IMG/VR virus record: IMGVR_UViG_3300042691_037387
Span: 1-64,000 of that record
Length of the DNA: 64,000 nt
Strand: one strand, 5' to 3'
Origin: a virus
Part shown: positions 19,507 to 29,753 of the stretch, piece after piece
Layout of the letters: every line of letters starts with the position of its first letter
Numbering within the stretch: the stretch's first letter is position 1
Translations under genes and position numbers: made by a program
Notes under the pieces: model-generated
The model's database searches: none
What the model saw: only the letters and a program-made list of their open reading frames with translations
Told to the model about the DNA's origin: nothing

Positions 19507-20071
19507 TTATTTGCCTTCCCAATGTAATATACTATTTGAATACATGTTTCTAATATCTTCGTAAAATACTATGTTGGGAACTTCTAATTCTTCCATAAAG
19601 TCTTTTGCATTTTTTGAATATTTACTTATAATACATGTAAGTTTTTCGAATTCTTTTGGATAATATCTTTTAAATCTTTTTAATTTGATTTTACTTTTAT
19701 CATCTAAGTATCCTTTTATTTCTACCCATTCCTCTGTTTTGGGAAGAAAAAAATCTGGTGTGTAACCTTTTGTTCCTCTTTTAATCGGAAAAGAAAATAC
19801 TACAGGTTCAAAATCAAATTTAATTTTATATAGATTTAGTATCCTAACAAAGTTTGCTTCCCAACTTGATCGAACATTGAGTTCAATATCTTTCCTGAAT
19901 CCACTTTTAGTATTTTTGTAGGCATTTCCGTTTCTTTGCGACTTCTTTTATATCTTCTTCTATGATTTCTGTATCAATTTTCTTCTTTGCCAGAAGTAAC
20001 AGATTCGGATGTTTAGAAAGCTTTGATCTTGATAAAAAAAATTGTCCTGACTTGACAACATGTAGCTCCAT
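19507..20071 (-). CDS. PD-(D/E)XK endonuclease, 187 aa after +1 shift at 19930 (entirely missed by the ORF track)
   Basis: MELHVVKSGQFF...EVAKK-[c]GGA-NAYKNTKSGFRKDIELNVRSSWEANFVRIL...FDFEP...YTPDFFLP..EEWVEIKGY. Confidence 0.75.
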
Positions 20072-20138
20072 TGTGATATCCTTTTCTGGTCAAAACACCT
20101 ATAACATTATAGTTTAAAAAAAAATAAAAAACAAATAC

Positions 20139-20180
20139 TTCCACATAAAAGTTGTGGAACCGAGAACAGGATGATATAAT
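20139..20180 (+). promoter_or_regulatory. Promoter (TGATATAAT) with overlapping inverted repeat TTCCACA-N7-TGTGGAA
   Basis: TATAAT at 20175-20180, 7 nt before ATG 20188; palindrome 20139-20159 covers the -35 region. Confidence 0.55.
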
Positions 20181-20187
20181 CAACACC

Positions 20188-20352
20188 ATGGAAAACACAC
20201 TTAACACAATCAAGAAGATGACAGCAATCGAACTCAACGAGAAGGCAATTACTTCTTTTGAGTCCAATGGTTTCTCGCGTGAGGAGGCAATCAAGATCGT
20301 CAACACCGTCGATCATAGCCAGCCTTTTCATACGCCTGAGTCAAGCTTCTGA
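20188..20352 (+). CDS. Small hypothetical protein, 54 aa; the only convincing plus-strand gene
   Basis: MENTLNTIKKMTAIELNEKAITSFESNGFSREEAIKIVNTVDHSQPFHTPESSF*, flanked by a promoter and a terminator. Confidence 0.65.
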   Translation: MENTLNTIKKMTAIELNEKAITSFESNGFSREEAIKIVNTVDHSQPFHTPESSF

Positions 20353-20366
20353 TTAATCAAATAATT

Positions 20367-20399
20367 AACCCCCTCGGTTTAGGCCGAGGGGGTTTTTTT
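20367..20399. terminator. Terminator between convergent genes
   Basis: AACCCCCTCGG-TTTAGG-CCGAGGGGGTT followed by a T-run. Confidence 0.85.
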
Positions 20400-21197
20400 A
20401 TGCCTTTGCAGCTTTCTTATTTCTAAATACTCCAGTAGGACATGCACCACTTTTTGCATGCTCGCAGTAGCTGCAGACCCTTGTGTTTGAAGTCGGCAAG
20501 AAGGAGGTATCCTGCATGATTCTATTTATACTATTAAGTATTTTTACTTTTACATTTTCTAGATCTTCTTTAGTAAAAAGGTGACCCTTTTTTCTTCCAG
20601 ATCTAAGATAATATAGCTCAGCATATATTTCTTTATCAGGAAATTGCAGTGAGGTAGCTAGCGCATAGATTCCTAGCTGAAGATTATTTGGAACTTCTTT
20701 TTGGCTAACTTCCCATTTGCCAGTTTTATAGTCAATGATATTGACTGTGTCTCCGCACGATGTCAATGCGATCTATAAATCCCATTATATTATATGTTCC
20801 TATTATGAATGAAAAGCCATATTCTTTTTCATATACATCAAAAGTAGAAGAAGAATATTTATCATAGAATTCATTAATGATTTCTTTTCCAACTGATATC
20901 AGTTCTGGAGATATCTTTTCCTGAGGGTCATAAGATGATTTATGTTCTTCAAATTTTTCCAGCATTACATCATGCTGAAGTAGATCATCTTTTGAAACAG
21001 TATCTTCTAATACAGAATGGACTATGTTTCCGCAACACAGCCGCCTCTGCAAAATGCCTAGGTTCTTTTTGTATGTAGGTATAAAAATATCTAGAAGGAC
21101 ACTGTTGATAGGTATCTAATCTTGAATAGGAGAAATCTACTATTGCTAACCTTTCTAGGTCATCAATTGAGTCAAATGATTTTATTTGTATTGTCAT
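20398..21197 (-). CDS. RecB/Cas4-like PD-(D/E)XK exonuclease, 265 aa after two +1 shifts (21032 and 20755)
   Basis: FSYSRLDTYQQCPSRY...AAVL-[c]G-NIVHSVLE...GFIDRIDIV-[c]G-DTVNIIDYKTGK...QLGIYAL...CSYCEH....CP; complete family motif set with four Cys. Confidence 0.88.
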
Positions 21198-21367
21198 TGA
21201 TTTATATTATTCTCTGGATCGTAAATAATATTTCCATCCCTATCATATTCTCTTCCGAGTTCATCTAGTATGTGACCATTATATTTGTTTATGAAAGTTC
21301 CCTGACCCGCTGGAACCCAGCCTGTCTCTCCTATTTCCATATAATCGTCATCAGCGAATTGTGACAT
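21194..21367 (-). CDS. Hypothetical protein, 57 aa
   Basis: MSQFADDDYMEIGETGWVPAGQGTFINKYNGHILDELGREYDRDGNIIYDPENNINQ*. Confidence 0.55.
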   Translation of the reverse strand: MSQFADDDYMEIGETGWVPAGQGTFINKYNGHILDELGREYDRDGNIIYDPENNINQ

Positions 21368-21575
21368 ACTCTTCTCCTATTTTGATAGTGCAGTCTGAAA
21401 ATTTCTCTATATTTAGATAGTAGTTTAAAACAGTGTGTAGATTTAGAAGTTCTTCTTTAGTAGCAAAAAGACCTACAACTCCGACCTGCACAAAATGTTT
21501 TTCTGGATTCTCATCCAAGTATTGGACAAGCGATACATTTCCTTTTGTTATTTTAGCTGTCTCTACGTTACTCAT
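21351..21575 (-). CDS. Hypothetical protein
   Basis: Operon-coupled ORF. Confidence 0.55.
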   Translation of the reverse strand: MSNVETAKITKGNVSLVQYLDENPEKHFVQVGVVGLFATKEELLNLHTVLNYYLNIEKFSDCTIKIGEEYVTIR

Positions 21576-21944
21576 TTAGTCCTCATCAATAATTGTTATT
21601 GGGTTCCACGTTGGGTCATCCATCTTTTCTCTCATGTCACTTACATAAGAATCCCAATCTCTTTCATCTTCGGTTTTCTTTACATAGTTGACTTTACCCT
21701 TGAATGGATTAGTTTTAAATCTTGTAATTATTACCTTTCCAGTCTGAGTTTTCCACCTAAGCACTCCATTTCTGCAATCACAGAAATCGTCTGGATGATG
21801 ATCGATTACACCTCTAGGATCAAATCTACCGCTACAGTTTTTGCATTTATCATACTTCCCCTTGTCTGCACAACGAGAGCATGAGAAACAATACGACCAG
21901 CAACTTCTCTCTGCTGGATTTTGATAGCTACCAGGAGCTGCCAT
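21576..21944 (-). CDS. Cys-rich putative zinc-binding protein
   Basis: CWSYCFSCSRC...CKNC...CDC. Confidence 0.55.
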   Translation of the reverse strand: MAAPGSYQNPAERSCWSYCFSCSRCADKGKYDKCKNCSGRFDPRGVIDHHPDDFCDCRNGVLRWKTQTGKVIITRFKTNPFKGKVNYVKKTEDERDWDSYVSDMREKMDDPTWNPITIIDED

Positions 21945-24900
21945 TTTGTGTCTCCAATTCTAATATCGAGTTAACTAACGGAACTACCTTTTGTGAGGAT
22001 AGTGTATTAAATTTATATGTAATTTTATGTTTGTCATCCTGTATTTCTATAAATACTGGACTATTGCCTTTTGTATTTGAAATTATATCATATATTTTCT
22101 TAAAAGTAAGACTAGATATATTGTGAGGAAATGAAAATACGATAGCTTTTCCTCCAGAAAATAACTTGGAATCTATTTTTTCTGATGAATTGTAAAATAT
22201 CTTTACAGTAGAATTTTCTTCTTCTGTTTCTTTATTAAGAAAACCATTTATAATTAAAATATCACCTGTAGAAAAATAGTTGTCAGGAATATCTTTAGCT
22301 GTCTTTGGAAAGACGACGACCTCTACGGAAGAGGATATGTCTTCTAATTCAAACTTAAACATCTTGAGACCCTTTTTAGTGGTTATCTTTTTAACCGAGG
22401 TTATGATTCCACCAACTTTAACTGGACTACCTGCTTGTATATCTGATAAATAAACAATCTCTGAAGTAACCTTTGCTTTTATTGCACTCCATATTCCAGA
22501 AACGGGATGGCTAGTTACATATATTCCTAGCTCCTCTTTTTCTTTTTCCAGAATATCCAATTCTAATCTTCTACTAACATCTAAGTCTGACGGTGGAACT
22601 AATTCGTCTAATGCACCAGCAGCAGACAGATGTTCAAGGGTTGACTTCTTAAGTATAACTGGGTCACATCTTCTAAAGAAATCAAACATATTGGTATACG
22701 GATTATCTTTTTGTCTACAATTTACAACTGCCTCAGCGATTGCAATGCCTATTCCATTTATGGCCGACAGACCAAAGATAATTGAATTATCATCCATTAC
22801 CTCAAAATCTATTCCAGAATAATTAATTGATGGCGGTAGTACATTTATCCCAATGCTTCGACAATCTGATAGATATAAACTCTGCTTCTCTTTATTTCCT
22901 ACTACAGAACTCATCAGAGCAGCCATGTATTCAACTGTATAATTTGTTTTAAGGTAGGCTGTTATGTAAGAAATCATCGCATAGCTTGCTGCGTGCGCCC
23001 TATTGAAGCCGTAGCCTCCGAAGTATTCGATGTCAGAATATATTTTGTTAGCTTTTTCTTCTGAAATCGAAGAAGTTTTAATACATCCGTCTACAAACTT
23101 TTGCCTAAATAATGCAATCTTATCCATCAACTTCTTACCAATGACCTTTCTAAGATCGTCAGCTTCAGCAGAAGTGAATCCAGCCAGTTCTCTTGCAACA
23201 CCAAGAACATCTTCCTGATATAGCATGATGCCTAGCGACGGACCCAAAACTTTTTCTAAATTGGGATGATCGTAAACTATTTTAGACCTACCATGCTTTC
23301 TGTCAATGTATAGCTTATCCATTCCTGATCCCATGGGACCTGGTCTATAAAGAGATATAAGGGCCATGATGTCCTCAATATTCTGAGGTTGAAGCTGAAC
23401 CATCAGCTGTCTCATGCCAGAGGATTCAAGCTGAAAGACTCCTATGGCATTACCTTTTTTCAATTCTTCGAACGTCTTCTGGTCATCCAATGGAATTTTA
23501 TCTACATCTATATCAATGCCCTTATGCTTTTTAACAAGCTTAATACATATATCTATAACGCCTAAGTTTCTTAATCCAAGGAAGTCAATCTTTAATAGTC
23601 CACACTGCTCCACTCTTCCCATGTCCCACTGGGTAACCACTGGATTATCTGCCCCCTTTTTCATAATAGGTAGATAATCAACAAGCGGACCCTTGGATAT
23701 AACTATTCCTGCAGCATGTATGCCAGTCTGCCTAACTAGGCCCTCAAGACCAAATGCAGTGTCTACTATTTTTTTAGAATCAGAATCAGAATCATATTCA
23801 TTCTTAAACTCAACAACTTCCATGCACTCCGAAAGGCTTTTGGATATACCTAATACTGGTGGCGGAACAAGCTTAGCTATCTTATCTCCACCAGTAAAAT
23901 CGTATCCGAGAGCTCGAGCCGCATCTCTCAAAGATTGTCTAGCTCCAGTTCTATTAAATGTGCATATATGCGCGACTTTATCGTCACCATACTTTGACCT
24001 AGCGTAGTCAATGACTTGATCTCTATGTCGATCATCAAAGTCTAAGTCAATATCTGGCATTGACTTTCTGCCCTCAACAAGAAATCTCTCAAACATTAAT
24101 CCGAATCTAATTGGATCAAGATTCGTGATATCAAAAGCATAGGATAGGACGCTACCTGCTGCTGATCCTCTACCCCATCCGACTCTTATGTCATTTGATT
24201 TGGCCCATCTAACTAGGTCAGATACAACTAAGAAGTACTCTGGAAATCCCATTTCCTTAACAACTTTTATTTCATGATTAGCTCTATCAAGAATGTGTGG
24301 TGGTAAAGTTTCCCCATATTTTTTCTTTAATCCATCCCACGCTAATCTTTCAAAATATTCAGTTGACGATTCTTGAGTTGGTATAGGAAAATTTGGAAAG
24401 TGAATTTGACCAAAATTAAGGTCAAGGTCAACCATGTCGTTGACCACCATTGTATTTCGCAACCACTCTTCAGAAAAGTTTCTTGTCATATCTTCATATG
24501 ACTGAAGATAGAAAGCGTCTCCAGAAAAAGAAAATCTATCTGGAGTATTTATATTTGAGTTTGTCGCAACGCATAACATTATGTCATGAGCCTGTGCATC
24601 GTGTTGGTGAACATAGTGACAGTCTCCAGTTGGAACTACTCTTGCTCCAATTTTTTGAGCTATTTCAACAAGCTGATTGGAAATCTTTCTTTGCTCTGTT
24701 AGACCATGATCTTGTATTTCTATAAAATAGTTTTCTTTTCCGAACTATATCTTGCATCTTCTTTGCGGCTGCAAGAGCAAATTCGTAGTCATTTCTCAAC
24801 AACGCCTGCGAAACCTCGCCATTCAAGCATCCCGAAAGAACTATGATCCCTTCGCTATGCTCTGAAATTAAACCATGATCTATTCTTGGCTTACCATAAT

Positions 24901-25270
24901 AACCTTCAAGAAAAGATCTTGATGACATCTTAATAATATTATGGTATCCAATATTATTCTTTGCTAGTATTGTTATATGATATGGCCCTCTTTGTTCCCA
25001 CTCATTCTTAGCTGGACCAGATCTCTCTTCTTCATCTCTATCAAATCTAGTTTTTCTTGCTTGATAGAATTCTGAACCTAGTATTGGCTTTACACCAACT
25101 GCTTTACCAGCATCATAAAAGTCAAGCCAAGAGTGTATGTTGCCATGATCTGTTGTTGCAAGACCTAACATCCCTAGGCTCTTTGCTCTAGACAAATATT
25201 TCTCTACATCACCATGTCCATCTAGCATAGAGAACACCGTATGGTTATGCAGGTTTGTCCAATTTTTCAC
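21928..25270 (-). CDS. dnaE: DNA polymerase III alpha subunit (C family), 1113 aa after +1 shift at 24742
   Basis: PHP domain LHNHTVFSMLDG..TDHGN..; junction DIV-[c]GGA-KENYFIEIQDHG; GRGSAAGS, PDIDLDFD, KIDFLGLRNL, YGFNRAHAASY, OB fold. Confidence 0.95.
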
Positions 25271-25479
25271 TGAATTCCTCTATTCTTATCACTGCTATCC
25301 AGTGAAGAATTTCTCGACTCCCTATATGTAATCATTACAACTCCGCCACAATATTTACACGGAACATCTTTACCCTCTTGAGCAAAAGGGCTCTTATACA
25401 TGTAGGACATAGGTTGATCAGACTTGCACTCTGTGCAAACGCCTATTACATCGTCTGGATCGTTTATATTATTGCTCAT
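25267..25479 (-). CDS. Small zinc-ribbon protein
   Basis: CTEC...CKYCGG. Confidence 0.55.
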   Translation of the reverse strand: MSNNINDPDDVIGVCTECKSDQPMSYMYKSPFAQEGKDVPCKYCGGVVMITYRESRNSSLDSSDKNRGIQ

Positions 25480-26674
25480 CTTCTTTCTCCTTTTGTATCG
25501 GTTTGTATGCAAATCTTACTGGTGACGGAGAAGATTCCTCAGAACCCTCTACATATTTATTTCCTATTTGAATCCATTTTTTCTTTTTATCTAGCTGACA
25601 AGAACCACATCCTACGCCAACTGAATTAGCTCTTTCACAAGTATAAGGTCTTCCTCCAATGCCCATCTGTCTTCTTTTTATCCAGTCATTTATATGCGCG
25701 GAAGATTTTTCAAAATTATAATCATCACACATACTAAGAATACTATGAAGGTAAGTAATTGATTCTTCGTTATACGTAAGTATAGAGCATAGAAAAAGTC
25801 TAGCTTCATGTTCTAGGTGACGATTCTTCTTGGCTTGAAGAGCAAGATTTTTAATTCCACTACAATTCTTGAGTAGATTGTCAAGTGTAAAAACCTTGTC
25901 TGTTTTATCTAAATCTTTAAAGGCTGAGGAACCGTGTTTATTAAAGTAAGAAAGAAAATCTCCTGATCTAGCTTTTTCTATCTCCATATCATAGCTAAAC
26001 TGCCTAAACCATTCATTTGCTCTTGCATTGAAAGATTGCTCTTGAACGGTATTGTCACGTAATTCAGTGCAGTATTCTTTTATATCTTGCAGAGATGAAA
26101 ATAATAAGCTACTGCTAATTCTATTCTTATAAAGACCAGTTAATTGATGCTTTGACCCTGGAAGTCTCCACATTCTTCTTGGATCATATACAGCAAAGTC
26201 CAAGCAATCTAGCCCTAGTTCATCCTTTAACCTAGATGCTATATATCTAAAAATCTTTGGTAGGGCATTTGATGGATTTATGCCCAGGCACACTGCCTCA
26301 CACTCTACGTGAAAGCCTTTCTTGCCAGTAAAGTATACAATTATTGAATCTTCTGGAATGTATTTACAAAGATAAGAATAAAGTTTTCTACATTGGGCAA
26401 GGGATACTTCTTCGTCTTCACTATCTATGTCAAAGTATAGAGATCCTAACCTAATAGCATTCTCTATATCCGATGTATCGTAATGCCAAATGGATGTATA
26501 GAGGCCAGTATTCTCATGTTCTTTCCTAAATTCATCTATTGAGAATATGCTTATTAACTTAGCGCTGCCAGATTCTTTTTGTCTAATAACTCTAGACAAA
26601 GATGGTATATATACAGCTGTTTCAACCAATTGCCATTTATTAAGATACTTTTGAGTATCTAATGGGATGATCAT
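25469..26674 (-). CDS. Archaeo-eukaryotic-type primase with C-terminal PriL-like Cys domain
   Basis: LYFDIDSED, YFTGKKGFHV, DFAVYDPRRMWRLPGSKH; C-terminal CSGI...HLEHEARLFL...PYTCE...CGSC. Confidence 0.8.
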   Translation of the reverse strand: MIIPLDTQKYLNKWQLVETAVYIPSLSRVIRQKESGSAKLISIFSIDEFRKEHENTGLYTSIWHYDTSDIENAIRLGSLYFDIDSEDEEVSLAQCRKLYSYLCKYIPEDSIIVYFTGKKGFHVECEAVCLGINPSNALPKIFRYIASRLKDELGLDCLDFAVYDPRRMWRLPGSKHQLTGLYKNRISSSLLFSSLQDIKEYCTELRDNTVQEQSFNARANEWFRQFSYDMEIEKARSGDFLSYFNKHGSSAFKDLDKTDKVFTLDNLLKNCSGIKNLALQAKKNRHLEHEARLFLCSILTYNEESITYLHSILSMCDDYNFEKSSAHINDWIKRRQMGIGGRPYTCERANSVGVGCGSCQLDKKKKWIQIGNKYVEGSEESSPSPVRFAYKPIQKEKEDEQ

Positions 26675-26838
26675 AGTATTTTTTTCTTAAGCTCTTTTTC
26701 TTTTATACTTCCAATATTTACCCTAGATGCGGCGTTCATATACTTGCTATTATTTCTAAAGTAAATTGAGTCACTTATAATGCTTTCTATATTTGAAAGC
26801 AGATAATATCTTCTTCCTATTCTATCATCTTTATCCAT
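26671..26838 (-). CDS. Hypothetical protein, 55 aa
   Basis: MDKDDRIGRRYYLLSNIESIISDSIYFRNN... fills the gap, coupled at both ends. Confidence 0.5.
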   Translation of the reverse strand: MDKDDRIGRRYYLLSNIESIISDSIYFRNNSKYMNAASRVNIGSIKEKELKKKIL

Positions 26839-27505
26839 CTAGTCTCCACTTAGGATTAATTAGTTCACTATCTTCTATTACGCTATGAATTTTAGAAGCT
26901 ATATTATCAGATAGGTGAACTATATAGTCTAGATAAGTAATCGGAAAAGTTTCTGGAACTGGAGACCAAGGACCAAGATGACATCTAACTAATCTTAGGA
27001 TGGACTGAACAACTTCTTCTCCAACAAATAAAGTAGAAGATTGGGATTCATTCGCAAATTTTTTGTCATCATTCTGACAGTGAGCTATAAATTTTCCTAC
27101 CGTGTAAGGATGCATTGGATCATAGTGAAAGGAACCGTCATCCTTAGACTCTATACCCTTACATAAATCATGCAGTAGGCACGCTGCCAATACAAGGTCA
27201 CTTTCTTCAGGTGATAGGGAGTAAGAATCTGCCATAATCATGGCTATTCTAACTACTCGTTTTGTATGAAGAACATTCCCACCTTCATTATGCTCATCTG
27301 CTGGATGATATTTTCCAGAAAAACTTGAAGGAATTTTCCAAAAAATATTAGCCCTAACAAGAATTGACCTAACGAATGATTTGATTGCATCATCTGATAT
27401 AAGATCTATTTCTTCCAACAAAGGGAGTAGTATATCATTCTCTTCCTTTAGGGAAATTGATTCATTCTTTTGAATGAGCAGATCATCTAGTATTGATTTT
27501 GTCAT
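26831..27505 (-). CDS. HD-domain phosphohydrolase
   Basis: PSSFSGKYHP..GGNVLHTKRV, LLHDLCK, RCHLGPW, VHLSD. Confidence 0.85.
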   Translation of the reverse strand: MTKSILDDLLIQKNESISLKEENDILLPLLEEIDLISDDAIKSFVRSILVRANIFWKIPSSFSGKYHPADEHNEGGNVLHTKRVVRIAMIMADSYSLSPEESDLVLAACLLHDLCKGIESKDDGSFHYDPMHPYTVGKFIAHCQNDDKKFANESQSSTLFVGEEVVQSILRLVRCHLGPWSPVPETFPITYLDYIVHLSDNIASKIHSVIEDSELINPKWRLDG

Positions 27506-28293
27506 TTTGTAACCTCGCTATCCCAGCCATTCCATTCTGAGCATGGCTTATCGTATGGACATTTCTTGCAATATGGTATTAGTCCTCTCTTGGGAACTAA
27601 GAGTTTTGTATTTTGAAGTTTTTCTAACCAATAATTAAATGAATTTAAATCGTTTAAATTTATTGGGAAATCATTGAAATCTAAATTTGGACTCAACATA
27701 TCTATATAGCCAAATCTGGTTTGGCTCATTTTAGATGGATTCATGTTATTGAATGCCGAGTACATAGCGCAAAAATCTACTACATATTGGCTTTTATTTG
27801 TTTGTTTATAGTTAAATAATATTTTTGTTATATGATAAGTATTATTTTTGTATAAGATTAAATCAAATTTATCTTCAATATTATAAGGCCCACCGCTTGG
27901 AACGATATATTCTTCTGATATTGACATGGGTATGAAGTTACTCTCAGAATACTTTTCATAAAATAAAAGCAGAGCTGCTGCTGCCTTTGATGTTAAGCTT
28001 GCAACATTGCCATAAACTGATTCATGTTGCTCAGTTATAATATCATAAGAAGTGGTATTCTTAGGGAACCACATTTTTTCCCATCTATTAAGAAGCGATG
28101 CGTATGAGGGTATAACCCCTGACTGCTTCTTGTAAAAGAAGAAATAAATAATATTCTTAATAGTATTTTCAAATTTTTCTGTGTATATATCTCTTGAATA
28201 TATTTTCTCAGGTATTTTTTCTAAATGCCTATAATCATACAATCTTTCGCATAACTGAAAATCCTTTAAACCATCTACTGAAACAAACGGCAT
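27502..28293 (-). CDS. PD-(D/E)XK (RecB/Cas4-like) fold protein, possibly catalytically degenerate
   Basis: LKDFQLCERLY N-terminus, KFDLIL, C-terminal CKKCPYDKPC; no clear D/ExK. Confidence 0.6.
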   Translation of the reverse strand: MPFVSVDGLKDFQLCERLYDYRHLEKIPEKIYSRDIYTEKFENTIKNIIYFFFYKKQSGVIPSYASLLNRWEKMWFPKNTTSYDIITEQHESVYGNVASLTSKAAAALLLFYEKYSESNFIPMSISEEYIVPSGGPYNIEDKFDLILYKNNTYHITKILFNYKQTNKSQYVVDFCAMYSAFNNMNPSKMSQTRFGYIDMLSPNLDFNDFPINLNDLNSFNYWLEKLQNTKLLVPKRGLIPYCKKCPYDKPCSEWNGWDSEVTK

Positions 28294-29753
28294 CAGTGAA
28301 AATCCTTTCCATTGAGAAGATCGTCCAAAAGAGATGATGTTGAGTCGTATGACTCCTCCGTAATTGGATCATATTCTTCGTACTTTTTTTTGAAATCTAC
28401 ATATCTTACTAATGGTGGGTCATAGCTAAATGAAGATCCAGTGATTCTATTTTTTGGTATTTGAAGCTGCATTATATTTTCATCAACAGTGTCATCATCG
28501 GTTGCCAATCTTTTTTCTGTTATGAATATTGTTACAGCGCACTTCTGCTGAATTGCCAATGACCCACCAGTATCAGACTGCTGAACAACTTCTCTTTTTT
28601 CTTTCATTCTATTTGCATTTTCTTGCGCTGTTATTATCAGTACACAGTTCATATCTCTAGCTAGCTTTTCAAGCTTTACCATCATCTCTTCAAACTCGCC
28701 CCATCTAGCCTTGCCTTTGCCTCTGGTAAACATAGATTGAATGGTATCGATAATAATTACGTCTGGAAGATTTTGGTTATGACCCAAAATATCCCTAAGC
28801 CAAAACTCTAAATCCTCAAAGTAAGGAGTATCAGGATCATGCCTAACCATTAAACGGTCACCCCATTGTGACAGCTTATCTTTAAACATCTGCATGTACT
28901 GTTGTTTTTGTTCGCTGCTCCACTTATGTGCCTCTGAATAAACATTCTGCTCAATTATCTGAGTAAAAAGAATTCTTTCCCAGTGACCAAGGGCTTCTTC
29001 AAAGTTTACATAGAGAACTCTATAACCTTTATCTAGCCAATTATTAGCTAAACACTTGGCAAATGTGCTCTTGCCCTTTCCTGACGGAGCTATTACGGCA
29101 TGCACAGCGCCCCTAAAGAAGCCTCCATCGTCAGTATATCCCATTACTCTATTGAGTGATTTAAATTGCGTTGGAAGGAAATCGGGTATGTTTAAAAGAG
29201 AATCTGCTCTAGTTATAATATCAAAGCCATCAGTAACTTTGTCTAATGGATCATAATGTATTTGATTCTCTAGCTCTCTAATTTGAGAGGTAAGCTTCTC
29301 AATTCTAGCAACATCTTCTGGTGTTTTCTGACCCTTTTGATTGAGGATCATCTGCAGCTCCTGCAGGTAGTTGATCTGCTTTCTTTTTCTTGCCTTATGC
29401 TTTATGAGCTCAGTGATTGATTCTGGATTTGAAAGCTCAAGACCCATGAGTATGTCTAGCATTACGGAAACACCAGCATTTCCGCCAAGCGCTTCATATA
29501 TATCTGTCTCTGAATCTAGCCAAGACTTAAAAGCTATTGGATCAACTATATTAAGTTGAGTTGCATTATGAAAAGATAGAAGTGCTTTATAAAATTCGTT
29601 AATTCCTATGTCACCATGAATAATTCCGACTTCTTCATCAGGAAGGTTTTCGGAAAAAAATGTTATGGCATCTGGAACCCTTAAGGATAGAGCAAAAATT
29701 TGATACTCTACAGGCAATGAATCAGTAGTCTCTGTTTCCTGTATTTCTATCAT
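28293..29753 (-). CDS. DnaB-like (SF4) replicative helicase
   Basis: APSGKGKSTF, VLYVNFEE, VIIIDTIQ, LEKLARDMNCVLIITAQ, IPKNRITG. Confidence 0.88.
   Translation of the reverse strand: MIEIQETETTDSLPVEYQIFALSLRVPDAITFFSENLPDEEVGIIHGDIGINEFYKALLSFHNATQLNIVDPIAFKSWLDSETDIYEALGGNAGVSVMLDILMGLELSNPESITELIKHKARKRKQINYLQELQMILNQKGQKTPEDVARIEKLTSQIRELENQIHYDPLDKVTDGFDIITRADSLLNIPDFLPTQFKSLNRVMGYTDDGGFFRGAVHAVIAPSGKGKSTFAKCLANNWLDKGYRVLYVNFEEALGHWERILFTQIIEQNVYSEAHKWSSEQKQQYMQMFKDKLSQWGDRLMVRHDPDTPYFEDLEFWLRDILGHNQNLPDVIIIDTIQSMFTRGKGKARWGEFEEMMVKLEKLARDMNCVLIITAQENANRMKEKREVVQQSDTGGSLAIQQKCAVTIFITEKRLATDDDTVDENIMQLQIPKNRITGSSFSYDPPLVRYVDFKKKYEEYDPITEESYDSTSSLLDDLLNGKDFH

Noticed and set aside
20105-20160. 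Replication origin with DnaA boxes
   Set aside because: TTCCACA only partly matches TTATCCACA and occurs just twice, so it was kept only as an operator-like palindrome.
20398-21197. Cas4-like nuclease as evidence of a CRISPR-Cas system
   Set aside because: No cas1/cas2 or array is present; solo RecB/Cas4-like nucleases are common in phage replication modules.
18611-25270. Interpreting the split genes as pseudogenes, split inteins or intron-containing genes
   Set aside because: There is no other decay, no intein motif and no intervening sequence; each junction differs by exactly one C in the same context.
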